Position numbers and translations under genes: made by a program
DNA from: a virus
Taxonomy: Duplodnaviria > Caudoviricetes
DNA: 62,839 nt
Virus record (IMG/VR): IMGVR_UViG_3300044844_000500
Span: 1-62,839 of that record
Direction: 5' to 3' (one strand)
The notes under the pieces: model-generated
What the model was told of the DNA's origin: nothing
Database searches by the model: none
The model's input: only the letters and a program-made list of their open reading frames with translations
Shown: positions 62,825 through 62,839 of the stretch, in pieces
Position numbering within the stretch: position 1 is the first letter of the stretch
How the letters are laid out: each line of letters begins with the position of its first letter

Positions 62825-62839
62825 TTCACACCTCAACCC

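Overview
This looks like an essentially complete, probably circularly permuted, ~62.8-kb tailed phage genome with podovirus-like architecture. It is GC-rich and nearly all genes lie on the minus strand; a freshwater Burkholderiales-type host is an inference only. Modules in window order: (i) 61.2-62.8 kb and 0-6 kb, many small coupled accessory ORFs, several built from shared DNA blocks; (ii) 6-15 kb, replication (family A polymerase with Leu at the E. coli 762 position, UvrD helicase, primase, SSB-like protein, and a divergent SNF2 helicase + PD-(D/E)xK nuclease pair); (iii) 15-27 kb, ejection/internal virion proteins; (iv) 27-40 kb, tail, GH19 endolysin, holin and fibres; (v) 40-54.7 kb, head genes (gpT-like major capsid, scaffold, GroES, portal, a 1426-aa multidomain protein, TerL); (vi) 54.7-61 kb, a putative genome end, a compositionally distinct early block (DUF932, Fe-S protein, acidic proteins), TerS and an origin-like AT tract. 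No integrase, RNA polymerase, reverse transcriptase, tRNA or CRISPR array was recognised. Most notable: a [FMY]-x-x-GG-x-hydrophobic peptide tag shared by six virion-module ORFs, with a companion D[ST]hxAxh[ST]xxE micro-domain; two pseudoknotted cis-RNA candidates, one pairing with the Shine-Dalgarno of the ejection operon; polar 7-bp repeat arrays peaking at the putative terminus; a palindrome-rich early block with one promoter per unit; and recombination-shuffled mini-gene families. Family names are from motif recognition, not database searches.
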